Below are positions 1 to 14,307 of a DNA stretch of 64,000 bases, one piece after another. The position numbers and the translations under genes are program-made. The stretch is from Eledone cirrhosa (Eukaryota), in NCBI GenBank assembly GCA_964016885.1, contig OZ024763.1:12152001-12216000 (forward strand). The letters are read 5' to 3'. The notes beneath the pieces were generated by a model, which did no database searches, was not told the origin of the DNA, and saw only the letters and a program-made list of their open reading frames with translations. Each line of letters opens with the position of its first letter. Within the stretch, counting starts at the first letter, position 1.

Positions 1-565
1 CAAACACACATACACTCACACACACACATGTACTCAAACACACATACTCTCTCCCTCTCTCTCACACACTCTCACACACACACACATACTCTCTCCCTCT
101 CTCTCACACACTCTCACACACACACACTCTTTGTCACACACGCATACATTTTCACACACATGCAGTTGCTCTCCACACATATATACACACACGCACATGT
201 ACTTTCTCACACACATGCACTCATTCTCACACATGCACACACACACACCCACATATTTTGTTACGGTTTGTCCCCATCTAGACCCTGTTAGGGACCTCAG
301 GAATATCCTGTGTTTGTGTGTTATCCACATCTTATGTGAAGGTTATTGACAGTTTTTCAGTTTTGGTGGAGACTACAATGTAATTTTTAAATGGAACCCC
401 TCTACATAAGGCCGGGGTGAGTCCCTTGTCACCCTGTGAGAAGGGTGGTGTCATATGATGGTTTTTATTGAATCTGACCATATTGCAGCTTTTGGTCATA
501 TTTGCACCAGTCACCAATTTTATAATTTTTTGAGAAGTAGCCTTTATTCTGCTAGTCGTAACCAC

Positions 566-942
<377 letters not shown>

Positions 943-946
943 TACG

Positions 947-1098
<152 letters not shown>

Positions 1099-1109
1099 TA
1101 TATAAGAAT

Positions 1110-1176
<67 letters not shown>

Positions 1177-1181
1177 TAGAT

Positions 1182-1243
<62 letters not shown>

Positions 1244-1246
<3 letters not shown>

Positions 1247-1434
1247 AGTAAGTAGGACCCCGACGGCTGAGCTCAAGCCGTTTCGACGGCTAAGTCTGGA
1301 CTAGAATTAGCCGTCGAAACGGCTTGAGCTCAGCCGTCGGGGTCCTACTCGTTCCTAGTACCCACTCTACTACCCTAAGTATTGAGTACTTTGGTGCGTC
1401 ATGGTCCACCTGGTTCCTTACCACATTTCCTTCG

Positions 1435-1435
<1 letters not shown>
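1244..1435 (+). mobile_element. Palindromic (TA)n-embedded element family A: ~110 bp hairpin + ~80 bp tail; each arm holds the 3' half of an HHR
   Basis: Near-perfect inverted repeat 1244-1357; tail cccactctactaccctaagtattgagtactttggtgcg...ccttcgt; 8 related copies in the window. Confidence 0.8.
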
Positions 1436-1487
<52 letters not shown>

Positions 1488-1746
1488 TATATATATATAT
1501 ACACACCCACATATATATATAGACACACACACAAACACACATATATATAGACACACACACATATATATATATAAACACACACACACATATATGTATAGAC
1601 ACACCCACATATATATATAGACACACACACAAACACACATATATATAGACACACACACATATATATATATAAACACACACATACATATATGTATAGACAC
1701 ACCCACATATATATATATATATAGACACACACACATACATATATAG

Positions 1747-1794
<48 letters not shown>

Positions 1795-2285
1795 ATATAT
1801 ATATACACACCCACATATATATATAGACACACACACAAACACACATATATAGACACACACATATATATATATATATAGATACACACACATATATATATAT
1901 AGACACACCCACATATATATAGACACACACACATATATATATATATATAGATACACACACATATATATATATAGACACACCCACATATATATAGACACAC
2001 ACACGTATATATATAACAGTTTTGCTGGTTTGAGAGCTGATGAGGGTGAGGATTTGTGTGTGTAAACTTGTCTTGTTCCTGGCCTTTACTTCCTCCTTCC
2101 AGTCAGTTCTGTGCCCCAACACTTACCCTTACCCTTGCCCTCGTCCCCCTCCTCCTTAAGTCTCTTCTATATCTTATCTGCCTGTTTCTCGCTCCCATAC
2201 TGTCCCATGTCTATTGAGTGCACCAGCACAAGAGATATGTGTCTGTGTATATGTGTATATATATGTGTGTATATGTGTATGCAGA

Positions 2286-2358
<73 letters not shown>

Positions 2359-2452
2359 CAGGATATCCATAGAAAAAAGGGCCAATGAAAACCATGTCCA
2401 ATCTAGTACAGAAGAGTTCATTTAATTTCATACACATAACCAGCATGTGTGA

Positions 2453-2595
2453 CAGGTTTCAGGGTCCAGTTATGGCCACCACTGTATAGTGGAGTAGTGT
2501 TTCTAAAAATTTTTCCTTGAACCTGATGAGAGAGGCCAGTTTTAGAACTGCTACCCCACTCTGCAGTGGTGGCCATAACTGGACTCTGAAACCTG
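2453..2595. mobile_element. MITE with ~45 bp terminal inverted repeats (CAGG...CCTG ends)
   Basis: caggtttcagggtccagttatggccaccactg...gtag versus ctac...cagtggtggccataactggactctgaaacctg; partial copy near 5265-5295. Confidence 0.7.
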
Positions 2596-2653
2596 AGGTC
2601 ACACACATGCATGTCAAGTGAATGAAATTTAATATAATCTCTATATATATATA

Positions 2654-2740
2654 CAAGGTGTCCCACAAAAATGTATGCATACTTTGATCACCAGTGCAGG
2701 TGATATTTATTAGAATACACATTTTTGGGGGACACCCTTT
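2654..2740. mobile_element. Tc1/mariner-type MITE (CAGGGTGTCCC-like TIR, TA context)
   Basis: caaggtgtcccacaaaaatgta...cacatttttgggggacaccctt; relatives at 40790-40897 and 30600-30657. Confidence 0.65.
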
Positions 2741-3117
2741 ATATATAAAATAAATAAACCAGAAAATAAAATAAAAGTGTGTGTGTGTATGCATGCATGT
2801 GTGTGTCTGTGAAGCCCTTTTTTTGATATTCCTTTAAAGATTCCCTATACATTTGTGTATATAAAGTGTCAGGTTTGCTACCCACATAGATGTGAGTGGG
2901 AGGGAGGTCTCTTGGGAACACCCCCTCCCATCATGCCCTAAACATATGTACTGGGTAACCAAAGCTGTCTTCAACCCTCCCCCTTTTAAAACATGTTATG
3001 TTGAACAAACAACTGTGTTCCAGTTTGATTATTTTTATTAAGTACTTTTTGTATCTCCTTAATAAGTTCTTTATGTTTGGTTAGAAGCAATAGTGTTCCT
3101 TAATCTATGTGTGCTAA

Positions 3118-3457
3118 TCCTTTAGTATTTACATTGCTCTATATTTACTTTTGTATTTTCATGGTAAAGGCTTTATCTCACATAATATTGAACCTATGAG
3201 ATTTTGTTATCATTTATTTTGAGAACAATACCTTAACATCAGTATGAGTGGCCAGTTACAGCTGGTTTGAACAGAAAGGGGTGAGAGAATTCTGGTTGGA
3301 TATGGTTAGTTTAACCCTTTTTAGCATTTACATTTGTACTTTTGTGTTTTGTTATTATTTACGAGAACAATACCTTAACATCAGTATGAGGGGCCAGTTT
3401 GAACTGAAAGAGGTAAGAGAATTCTGGCCGGATACGGCTTGTTTAAATGCTAAAGGG
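3118..3457 (+). mobile_element. TTAA/CCC-terminal (piggyBac-like) MITE, two partly tandem copies
   Basis: Starts cctttagtattt and ttaacccttttagcattt (3311); ends aatgctaaagggtta; same family at 17200-17636 and 31040-32240. Confidence 0.65.
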
Positions 3458-3719
3458 TTATTTATGGTTTTGAGGCCTTCACAGCTCCATCTTCAGAATC
3501 AGAATGTCCATACCAGTGGTGTATTGGACACACACTTAGCATTGGTTGCAATAGATGATGGGAGTGGTAGGAAATACTGACAGTAAATTGAACCACTCTA
3601 TTCCTCCTTCTCCTCTGCCAATCAACTAAGTTTAGTCAGTCCCTCAATGTGGTGGCCACTACAGTCATAATCACTAGTCACACCCCTCTCTCTCCTATAA
3701 TCAGTAGCCCCACCCCTAA

Positions 3720-4222
3720 CATAGTAATACACACACAACAACAACCTAATATGCACACAACATAGTAACACACACAACACCATAACAAGACACACAGCAT
3801 ACTCTTACATACAACACCCTGACATACACACAACACCCTAACATACACAACACCATAACAAGACACAGCATACTCTTACACACAACACCCTGACATACAC
3901 ACAACACCCTAACATACACACAACAGCCTAACAAGACAGCATACTCTTGCACACAACACCCTAACACACACAACACCCTAACACACACAACACCCTAACA
4001 AGACACAGCATACTCTTACACACAACACCATAACAAGACAGCATACTCTTACACACAACACCCTAACACACACAACACCCTAACAAGACACAGCACACTC
4101 ATACACACAACACCCTAACAAGACACAGCACACTCATACACACAACACCCTAACACACACAACACCCTAACAAGACACAGCATACTCTTACACACAACAC
4201 CCTAACACACACAACACCCTAA
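3720..4222 (+). repeat. Degenerate minisatellite (acacacaacaccctaacaagacacagcatactctt-like units)
   Basis: Visible tandem periodicity. Confidence 0.85.
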
Positions 4223-4429
4223 CTGTTTTACTCTCCCCAAACAGATGTAAGACTTGCTAACTCTCTCTGCCATAAATCTCCCTTAACACAGCAACTATTA
4301 AGTTAATATTTTATTATCTTTCTTAGTGGTTGTTAGTGTTTATGTTGGGGGGGGGGGGGACCCTCCCCCCTCATGTATTAGTGGTTGTTATTGTTTTTTG
4401 TTAGGGGTGGTGGCTGTGGGTATCGAGAA

Positions 4430-4815
4430 TTGAGAGATCACAGCTCCAATACTATGGGCTTGTGGTTAGAATGGCTGAGGAGATGAGAGAGAGACACTCC
4501 AGGTAGAGCCGCTACTTCTCCGAATTGAGAGATCACAGCTCTGAAGGGTCTTTTATGTAACATTACTGGACAGTGCATAACTCGGAGATCAGAGAGTTGC
4601 TCCAGGTAGAGCCGCTACTTCTCCGATACTATGGACATGTAGCTAGAATGACTCGGGAAAGAATCGCTGGAAAGATTTTACGGGTGAAACCAACAGGTAG
4701 GAGACTCGGTTGTAGACCCCGAGCAAGATGGTTGGATAACATCCATGGGCTTGACTGGTCTCACTTGGGGGACCCAGCCGGATCAGTTGGAGATGGTTGC
4801 TTCTGACAGGACCCG
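4430..4815 (+). mobile_element. RTE-clade LINE ORF2 3' fragment (rearranged)
   Basis: NSEIRELLQVEPLLLR..YYGHVARM..RERIAGKILRVKPTGRR..RPRARWLD matches the RTE C-terminal GHVxRM...GRPxxRW motif; related minus-strand fragment at 34770-35005. Confidence 0.8.
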
Positions 4816-4835
4816 CTACAATAAAACTCACCTCC

Positions 4836-4880
<45 letters not shown>

Positions 4881-4883
<3 letters not shown>

Positions 4884-4978
4884 AACGAGTAGGACCCCGA
4901 CGGCTGAGCTCAAGCCGTTTCGACGGCTAATTCTGGACTCGAAACAGCTTGAGCTCAGCCGTCGGGGTCCTACTCGTT

Positions 4979-4981
<3 letters not shown>
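4881..4981. mobile_element. Family A palindrome (hairpin only)
   Basis: aggaacgagtaggaccccgacggctgagctcaagcc...gcttgagctcagccgtcggggtcctactcgttcct between TA tracts. Confidence 0.8.
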
Positions 4982-5040
<59 letters not shown>

Positions 5041-5044
<4 letters not shown>

Positions 5045-5174
5045 GGAGGTGAGTTTTATTGTAGCACAATAAAGCAATGCAAATATCGGATAAGTAGCAC
5101 TCAACAGTTATGATATTTGTTTATGAAATGCGCACAATAAAATACATGGAACTCTTTTAACCATCTTTTGATTT

Positions 5175-5175
<1 letters not shown>
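5041..5175 (+). mobile_element. Internally deleted copy of HHR family E (CTGATGA core lost)
   Basis: Both ends match 39582-39838; keeps gaaatgcgcacaataaaata. Confidence 0.7.
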
Positions 5176-5250
<75 letters not shown>

Positions 5251-5701
5251 GCACAATCTGGGGAGATGGCCATAACTGGACCTTGAAACCTAAGGTAGTG
5301 AGTGCTTGGTCTGTGTATGAACATAAATAAATATCAGCTCTCACACACAAGATCAAGCACTGTTTTATATATATGTATGTTTATATATATGTATACGTGC
5401 ACTTACACATTTAATAATGTGTGTGTGTGTGTGTGCATCCTTTTAACTTAATTTGACAAACAAGAGATTGATAAATAAGAACTACACTTTAATCAATGAG
5501 GTGCTGCCCCAGCATGGCCACAGACTGAAAGACACCAGTAAAAGTGTGAAAGAATCTATATGCAATTAGGCTGCAAATGATGTGTTGCCAACATCATTGC
5601 TTCACCTCCCACACCTCCCCTCTACTCCCTCCACCATCACTATGACTGCTGCTGCCACCTACAATATATAATGATGATAAATGAGCCATCATATCGCAGC
5701 T

Positions 5702-5768
<67 letters not shown>

Positions 5769-5849
5769 ATTTATGGCAATAAATTATATCTTTCATTTAA
5801 CACACTTTGGCCTTCTCATACATTCATCTGAGTTAGCTGATATGTATAC

Positions 5850-5880
<31 letters not shown>

Positions 5881-5939
5881 CACACAGGGTGTGTATACAG
5901 TTTTGAGACACTGTGTGTGTGTATTTATATATGTATATA

Positions 5940-5986
<47 letters not shown>

Positions 5987-6037
5987 ATATATATATATGC
6001 ATATATGTATATATATATATATGTATATGTATATATA

Positions 6038-6079
<42 letters not shown>

Positions 6080-6595
6080 AGTTTGAAGAATAATCAGACA
6101 AAATTTCTCCAAATTTTTCTTCTTAGTCCGTAGAAATCAACTATATATATACATATACACATATATATATATATACATACATATATACATACACACACAT
6201 ACGCACACATACATACATACATATACACACACACACATATATATAATCTTAAGATGGGCATGTGATTTTGTGAGAAGAGAGTTGGAATCACAATGGAGAG
6301 TTTGTGAATTCCATTTCTGAACGAGGAGATGCATTGTCTCCTTGAGCAAGACATTTTATTTCACATTGCTCCAGTTTACATCATTGGTGTCAAGCTGTGT
6401 TGACCTTTGCCTTGCCCTTGGACTGCATCACTGACATGGAGAGGGGAGTTTGGTATACATGGGGGACTGGTGGTCTTCTACAATAACAGGTTTGCCTGGG
6501 CTTGAGCCTCAGAGGGGAACTTTCTTGGGGCAAAACCCTTTGTCTTTCATGACCGAAATGTGTCTTAAGACCTTTAATTACTGACAAAAAGAGCC

Positions 6596-6640
<45 letters not shown>

Positions 6641-6642
<2 letters not shown>

Positions 6643-6982
6643 AGGCACATGGCTTAGTGGTTAGAGCATTGGCCTTGCAATCGAAAGGTTGTGAGTTCAT
6701 TTCTCAGACTGGGTGATGTGTTGTTTCCTTGAGCAAGACACTTTATTTCACATTGCTCCAGTTTACTCAGCTGTAGAAATGAGATGATAGGGACTGGGGT
6801 CCATATCATTCCACTGCAAAGTGGTCCCGGAGGTGCCACGGCAAAAAAGCACCCAGCACTCACTGTAAATGAGGTTGGTGTTAGGAAGGGCATCCAGCTG
6901 TAGAAATCAAGCCAGAATCAGTTCCCGTCCCACCTTTGCAAGCAGGGAAAAGCGGACGTAAAATGAAATGAAAATGAAATGA
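6641..6982 (+). mobile_element. tRNA-derived SINE with V/Meta-like central domain and RTE-derived tail (SINE-1)
   Basis: A box TGGCTTAGTGG, B box GAGTTCA.TTC, tccttgagcaagacactt domain, tail cccaccttTgcaagcagggaaaagcggacgtaaaatg + (aaatg)n. Confidence 0.9.
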
Positions 6983-7258
6983 AAATATATATATATATAG
7001 GAACGAGTAGGACCTACTCGTTCCGATTACCCACTCTACTACCCTAAGTATTGAGTACTTTGGTGCGTTATGGTCCACCTGGTTCCTTACCACATTTCCT
7101 TCGTTATATATATATATATAAAGTTTTCTTCCCTAATAACTCTTACTCTTAGATATTAATGCACTGTGCTGAGATGATCTGTCTTTAATGGCCGAAATAT
7201 CAGCTACACAGCAGACAACCGAAGAGTAGGAAGTCCTTATGTTTCTCTTACATATTCT

Positions 7259-7304
<46 letters not shown>

Positions 7305-7419
7305 AAGAATTAGTATATCTACCAACATATATATACAGATGCATACCTATGCTAGCAAATATATAGGTTTTCTCTTAGTAACTTTGTGGTTCAATGCAAG
7401 GGGATGCAGAACAATTATA

Positions 7420-7597
7420 TGAAAGACGTAAAATAAGAAAATTATAAAAATTAACTTACTTACTAAAATTTCACTCCAACTAATTAGTTTCTGAAAGGGA
7501 ATAAACATGTTTATTCCCTTTCAGAAACTAATTAGTTGGAGAGAAATTTTAGTAAGTAAGTGTAAGTTAATTTTGATAATTTTTTTATTTTACGTCT

Positions 7598-7600
<3 letters not shown>
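7420..7600. mobile_element. Fold-back palindrome centred ~7507; each arm has an HHR 3' half (GAAA ctaattag TT ggag)
   Basis: gacgtaaaataag...gaaagggaataaac AT gtttattcccttt...ttttacgtc. Confidence 0.65.
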
Positions 7601-7676
<76 letters not shown>

Positions 7677-7870
7677 TATATATATATATATATACTATAT
7701 ATATATATATATACTATATATATATATATATACTATATATATATATATATACTATATATATATATATATACTATATATATATATATATACTATATATATA
7801 TATATACTATATATATATATATATACTATATATATATATATATACTATATACTATATATATATATATATA

Positions 7871-7901
<31 letters not shown>

Positions 7902-7952
7902 CTACTATATATATATATATATATATATACTATATATATATATATATATATA

Positions 7953-7986
<34 letters not shown>

Positions 7987-8004
7987 TATATATATATATA
8001 TATA

Positions 8005-8042
<38 letters not shown>

Positions 8043-8093
8043 TATATATATATATATATATATATAGGCTGTGAAATATGGTGTATATATATA

Positions 8094-8124
<31 letters not shown>

Positions 8125-8138
8125 AGCTGTGAAATATG

Positions 8139-8177
<39 letters not shown>

Positions 8178-8178
<1 letters not shown>

Positions 8179-8536
8179 CATATTTCCCAGCCTATTGGAC
8201 ACACTTTTCCCCCTCCAAAATATATAAAAAGTCTTCCCTGGGTCCAATACATGTATTGGAATGTATCACCGATAGGAGGTGAAATGACGGGTGAAGATAA
8301 TCATGGTTAAAAAATATAGTTTATATTATTATTAGTATTACTAATACAGTAATACAATACAATTTATATCAGTAAAGTGATGTTGAACTTCTATAAGAGC
8401 TTCTGAAAAATCAATGAAATAATTTTTAATAAACTTATGAAGAAGTGTACTAAAATTCTTTTTCCTCAAAATGTCCTTGTAAAACCAGGGGTTGTTTTAT
8501 ACAAGGGGGATTCCAATAAGCCACCGAAATATCGTA
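8178..8536. mobile_element. Degenerate Tc1/pogo-like MITE
   Basis: Left end catatttcccagcctattgga versus right end tccaataagccaccgaaatatcg; isolated TIR pieces at 8065-8085 and 8123-8143. Confidence 0.45.
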
Positions 8537-8542
8537 TATATA

Positions 8543-8589
<47 letters not shown>

Positions 8590-8725
8590 ATAATGATGTT
8601 ATTTAATCAACAGTACCTTAACAGAAAATGTAAGGATGATGTAATAACAAAATTTATAAAACACAACTCATCGTTTGGATTGAGGGCTCTTCCGACTTGG
8701 ATATTTATTACAAAATTCAACTGCG

Positions 8726-8754
<29 letters not shown>

Positions 8755-8757
<3 letters not shown>

Positions 8758-9088
8758 TTTCATCATTTCATTTTACGTCCACTTTTCCCTGCTTGCAAGG
8801 GTGGGACGGGAACTGATTCTGGCTTGATTTCTACAGCTGGATGCCCTTCCTAACACCAACCTCATTTACAGTGAGTGCTGGGTGCTTTTTTGCCGTGGCA
8901 CCTCCACGACCACTTTACAGTGGAATGATATGGACCCCAGTCCCTATCATCTCATTTCTACAGCTGAGTAAACTGGAGCAATGTGAAATAAAGTGTCTTG
9001 CTCAAGGAAACATCACCCGGTCTGAGAATTGAACTCACAACCTTTCGATTGCAAGGCCAATGCTCTAACCACTAAGCCATGTGCCTCC
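8755..9088 (-). mobile_element. SINE-1 full-length copy
   Basis: Reverse complement of 6641-6982. Confidence 0.9.
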
Positions 9089-9527
9089 ATATAATATGTA
9101 TATGATATGTATATGATATAATATATATAATATGTATATGATATAATATATATATATATATATATAAATATATATATGTATATGTATGTATAATAAAAAA
9201 TATATAACTAGTGCAATATATTTAAGTGCTCAATTTTGTATATATAAGATGACAAAAAACAAAATGGTGAAGTACAGTTAGAATGTAAAAGTTCTGTGGA
9301 TAAAACAAAATAATGAAAAAGAAAAAAATCGTAACAAAAACTCCCCACATGTGGTTGACAAAATATTTGCACAAAATTAAGGACAAATTGTTTACAGTAG
9401 AAATATTTACAGTAAATAGAAAGTGAACAAGTGATGTGACATTTCGTGTGAAACCCTTTATGAAAATAGAATGAGATATAGGAAAAAGTTGAAGAATCTG
9501 TTATGGATTGAGTGGCTCCATTATATA

Positions 9528-9568
<41 letters not shown>

Positions 9569-9623
9569 GTATATGTATATATATGTATATGTATATATAT
9601 ATGTGTATATATATATATATGTG

Positions 9624-9672
<49 letters not shown>

Positions 9673-9687
9673 GTATATATATATATG

Positions 9688-9720
<33 letters not shown>

Positions 9721-10082
9721 GTATATATATTTATGTGTGTGTGTATGTATATTTATTTACTGTGCTTTGGAATGTCTAGGTTATGCAAACAGATATCTTG
9801 CAATACTCCACAACATTTACTACCGAATGGGTGGGTGTATATATTTCTATACAGATGTGTATGTATGTATGTATGTATGTATGTATGTGAGTGTGAGTGA
9901 GTGGGTGTGTGTGTGTGTGTGGGTGGGTGTGGGTGTGTGGGTGGGTGGGTGTGTGGCAATCTAATATACTATCAATCTCACTCACTTTCTTTTAATACAC
10001 ATCTATATATATATGAGAATGGATGTGTATGTTATCTGTGTGTATATATGTATATATATATATATATATATCAATCTATATC

Positions 10083-10117
<35 letters not shown>

Positions 10118-10209
10118 ATATGTCTCACTCTCTCTCCCTCTTTCTATATATATATCTTCATCAACATTATCATCATCATTGTTTAAGTTCCATTTTCCAC
10201 TCTAGCATG

Positions 10210-10249
<40 letters not shown>

Positions 10250-10375
10250 AATAATTTTGATCAAAACACATGATATCGATCATATTGTCTGGCAATAACA
10301 TGATCTGCGGTGCGTGTGAGTGTGTGTATCTGTTTATCTTTATCTCTCTCTCTATCTATATATATCTATATATAT

Positions 10376-10442
<67 letters not shown>

Positions 10443-10751
10443 GAAGTAAAAGTAGTGAATATTAATACAAATAAAAGCTATTTCATCTTACCAACATTTT
10501 TCCAACTCAATATAAGTTATGAGTAGCAGAAAAGTTAGAATGTGGTGACCAAGTAGGTGTTAAATTCCTGGTCTGCGTTTACCTCGTTCGGGTCAGAGTA
10601 TCCCTGCATGTTCCTGCCATCTACAGAGCTTATAACTTGACCAGGCACAACGGGGCTTAAAAAATGGCAATTTATTCAAATCCTTTACAACTGTTTCAGT
10701 GCAATTGCTTCTAGAGATCTCCAAACTGAAAATACACTGAATTTTATGCTT

Positions 10752-10945
10752 AGAAACAATTGTAAAAACATTCTAATGTGTTGCACAGGGCCAGCAATTA
10801 CCCAGTGCATTACTGGTACTTTATTTTACCGACCCCCGTAAGGATGAAAGGCAAAGTTAACCTCGGCGGGATTTGAACTCAGACCGTAGAGGGACGTAAC
10901 TATGCTGGAAAGCATGGCGTCCGACTCTCTACCGATACTGCCAAT
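10752..10945 (-). mobile_element. tRNA-related SINE-2 with Nin/Deu-like domain (ctttgcctttcatccttacggggtcgataaaataaagtaccag)
   Basis: Matches 13887-14083, 17022-17175, 35010-35291, 59565-59840 and 63393-63495. Confidence 0.8.
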
Positions 10946-11028
10946 TAGTAAAGAGGGCTCGATAAGGATTATATATATATATTATATATAACTCGTCGAG
11001 CAAATATTTATTATAAGAACAGATTAAA

Positions 11029-11076
11029 GTTTAAGCAAAGAATTGCTGCTTTCACCCTTAACAGGATCATCTGATA
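11029..11076 (-). ncRNA. HHR-like motif with variant core CAGAUGA (family F); helix I truncated
   Basis: RC: CAGATGA t-cct-gttaa-ggg-t GAAA gca-gcaattctt-tgc TT aaac; second copy at 35307-35355. Confidence 0.45.
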
Positions 11077-11080
11077 TATA

Positions 11081-11428
11081 TCATCATTTCATTTCATCAT
11101 TTCATTTAACGTCCACTTTTTCCCTGCTTGCAAGGGTGGGACGGGAACTGATTCTGGCTTGATTTCTACAGCTGGATGCCCTTCCTAACACCAACCTCAT
11201 TTACAGTGAGTGCTGGGTGCTTTTTTGCCGTGGCACCTCCACGACCACTTTGCAGTGGAATGATATGGACCCCAGTCCCTATCATCTCATTTCTACAGCT
11301 GAGTAAACTGGAGCAATGTGAAATGAAGTGTCTTGCTCAAGGAAACAACACATCACCCGGTCTGAGAATTGAACTCACAACCTTTCGATTGCAAGGCCAA
11401 TGCTCTAACCACTAAGCCATGTGCCTCC
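11081..11428 (-). mobile_element. SINE-1 full-length copy
   Basis: Near-identical reverse complement of 13467-13790. Confidence 0.9.
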
Positions 11429-11503
<75 letters not shown>

Positions 11504-11831
11504 TATATACATATATATATATATATCGAGAGAGAGAGAAAGAGAATATAAGGTATAAATGAAAGTTGTGGCTGCAATAGGTCAGATAAGAATCAAATTG
11601 TTTGAAGCAGTCACAAAGCACTCAATGGTGCGAAAAGTTAATAAATTTCTCAACCATAGTTAACATACTCACACACACATATATATATTTACACACACAT
11701 ATATATATATATATATATTTATATTTACACACACACATATATATATATTTACACACACTCATGCATATAAGCTGTATTTCTTTGTGTGACATACAACTTA
11801 CCCTTGTTTCTAAAACTAAAACATTTATATA

Positions 11832-12375
11832 CTTGTGTATAATATGATGTTGGAGTTGAGCCCTGTGTATAATATGATGTTGGAGTTGAACCTTGTGTAT
11901 AATATGATGTTGGAGTTGAGTCTTGTGTATAATATGATGTTGGAGTTGAGCCTTGTGTATAATATGATGTTGGAGTTGAGCCTTGTGTATAATATGATGT
12001 TGGAGTTGAGTCTTGTGTATAATATGATGTTGGAGTTGAGCCTTGTGTATAATATGATGTTGGAGTTGAGTCTTGTGTATAATATGATGTTGGAGTTGAG
12101 TCTTGTGTATAATGTGATGTTGGAGTTGAGCCTTGTGTATAATGTGATGTTGGAGTTGAGCCTTGTGTATAATGTGATGTTGGAGTTGAGCCTTGTGTAT
12201 AATGTGATGTTGGAGTTGAGCCTTGTGTATAATGTGATGTTGGAGTTGAGCCTTGTGTATAATGTGATGTTGGAGTTGAGCCTTGTGTATAATATGATGT
12301 TGGAGTTGAGCCTTGTGTATAATATGATGTTGGAGTTGAGCCTTGTGTATAATATGATGTTGGAGTTGAGCCTTG
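11832..12375 (+). repeat. 30-bp minisatellite (cttgtgtataatatgatgttggagttgagc) x~18
   Basis: Exact 30-bp periodicity; explains the 10-aa-repeat ORFs. Confidence 0.95.
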
Positions 12376-13466
12376 CTTGTATAAATTGTTTGTCAACTTC
12401 TACCATGATATCCATTGAAATCTCCATCACACACACATCTATATAGAAATTTGAGTGACTTTGGTCTGTCATACAATGCATGTGTATGTGTGAATGTATG
12501 TGTGTAAGAGGAAGGAAGGGGATAGTGAAAAACTAGAGCAAAACAGTGGCTGGCATTCCATTTGCTACACTATGTCTGTGTGTGTGTGTGTGTGTGTGTG
12601 TTTGTATACACTATGTCTGTGTCTGTGTGAATGTATATGTATTTGTGTGAATGTTTGTCTCTGAGTGTGTAATTTTGTAAGTGTGTGTGTCTGTCTGTGT
12701 TTATATTTACATACTCATACACACGTGAGCGTGTTGAAAACAGTTCTAGTATCACATTTCACTACAATATTCAGTTTCTTGTGACATTAAAGAAAGTAAA
12801 ACAAGCTGATGATTAGTAGTTTCTCTAGAAGTGGCCATTATCTGACTGTTTTAGAACATATTTGAGACAAATGATGTCTAATTAATTACATTGATCCCCA
12901 AATAACAAATATTGACCATATATCAATCACCATTTGTAAACAATTTACTATCTTACCATTTCAAATGACTATTTTTTACTTTAGTGATAATGTTTGGCTT
13001 AGTGAGATTGGTAGATTCCTGAACCAGGTGGTGTGTTGTCTTTAAGCAAGACACTTTATTTCATGTTGCTCCAGTTTACTATCATCATCACCATCAGCAC
13101 TGATTAACGTCTATCTTCCACGCTAGCATGGGTTAGACGGGTTTGTCCCAATTAGAAGCAAGTTGGGTCAGGTGGCTGTATCTCGCTCATATAGGAGAGT
13201 TTCTGGATGGTTTTCTATGGCTGGATGCCCTGCCTAACTCCAGATAAGTTGTAGAAATAATTTGCAGGGAATCCCTGTAGAGGGAAGCTGCAGCAGAGGT
13301 AGACCAAGGAAGACCTGGGCAGAGGGGCTGGCAGCTGACCTCAAATCCCTGAAACTCACAGAGATGATGAAGGAACACAACACACTCTCATGCACAATAA
13401 TAACTGAACCCACATTAATTACTGGTACAGAGATGATGGATGACATCAGCTGTAGCCTTCTTATTA

Positions 13467-13790
13467 CATGGCTTAGTGGTTAGAGCATTGGCCTTGCAAT
13501 CAAAAGGTTGTGAGTTCAATTCTCAGACCGGGTGATGTGTTGTTTCCTTGAGCAAGACACTTTATTTCACATTGCTCCAGTTTACTCAGCTGTAGAAATG
13601 AGATGATAGGGACTGGGGTCCCTATCATTCCGCTGCAAAGTGGTCGTGGAGGTACCACGGCAAAAAAGCAGCCAGCACTCACTGTAAATGAGGTTGGTGT
13701 TAGGAAGGGCATCCAGCTGTAGAGATCAAGCCAGAATCAGTTCCCGTCCCACCCTTGCAAGCAGGGAAAAGCGGACGTAAAATGATGATG
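13467..13790 (+). mobile_element. SINE-1 copy
   Basis: A/B boxes, central domain, RTE tail + (atg)n. Confidence 0.9.
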
Positions 13791-13886
13791 ATATATATAT
13801 ATATACATACACACATATACACATATATATGTATACATACATCCATATATAGAGGCATTTACTAACATTATGAATTATTTCATTAT

Positions 13887-14083
13887 GCGGTGGTTTGGCA
13901 GTATCGGTAGAGCGTCAGACGCCATGCTTTTCAGCATAGAGTTATGGCCCTTTACGTTCTGAGTTCAAATCTCGCTGAGGTTAACTTTGCCATTCATCGT
14001 TACGGGGTCAATAAAATAAAGTACCAGTAATGCACTAGGGTAATTGTTAGCCTTGTGCCAACAGTAGAAACAATTATTATTAC
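13887..14083 (+). mobile_element. SINE-2 copy
   Basis: ggcagtatcggtagagcgtc...gagttcaaatc...aagtaccag...gaaacaattattat. Confidence 0.8.
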
Positions 14084-14307
14084 AGTGTAACTTAACAAGT
14101 GGTTCTTATATAAAATCGTGTTGGGATGTTTTTATTTAGATAGGAACTCTTTAAAATGAGTGGTTTTGTTTGATAGAACCATAAGCAGTTATTGGTGAAT
14201 TGGTATCAAAAGGGTTTCCTGTCCATCATTGACTTTTCTTTTTATTCAAAACAAGAGTGTGTTTTATTTTGTATTTTATAATACATTGAAAAAATACTGA
14301 ACATAAA

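Noticed and set aside
2037-2530. CTGATGA motifs at 2037 and 2523 (also 12807 and 22598 minus)
   Set aside because: No downstream helix II/GAAA/NUH/helix I could be formed, so these are chance 7-mers.
3720-4222. Interstitial telomere (CCCTAA)
   Set aside because: The hexamers are single and embedded in a longer minisatellite unit, not tandem.
6641-6715. tRNA gene
   Set aside because: The A/B boxes belong to a SINE head repeated many times, and there is no complete cloverleaf or acceptor stem.
7160-7215. Possible HHR (gctgagatga...ggccGAAAtaTCagct); similar traces at ~3465-3500, 9435-9465, 10685-10710 and 49420-49455
   Set aside because: The cores are too degraded to call. They may be fossils but are not supportable individually.
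11749-12481. Repeat ORFs resembling RNA Pol II CTD-like (TQGSTPTSYY)
   Set aside because: This is a 30-bp minisatellite open in several frames on both strands, with no synonymous-site pattern.
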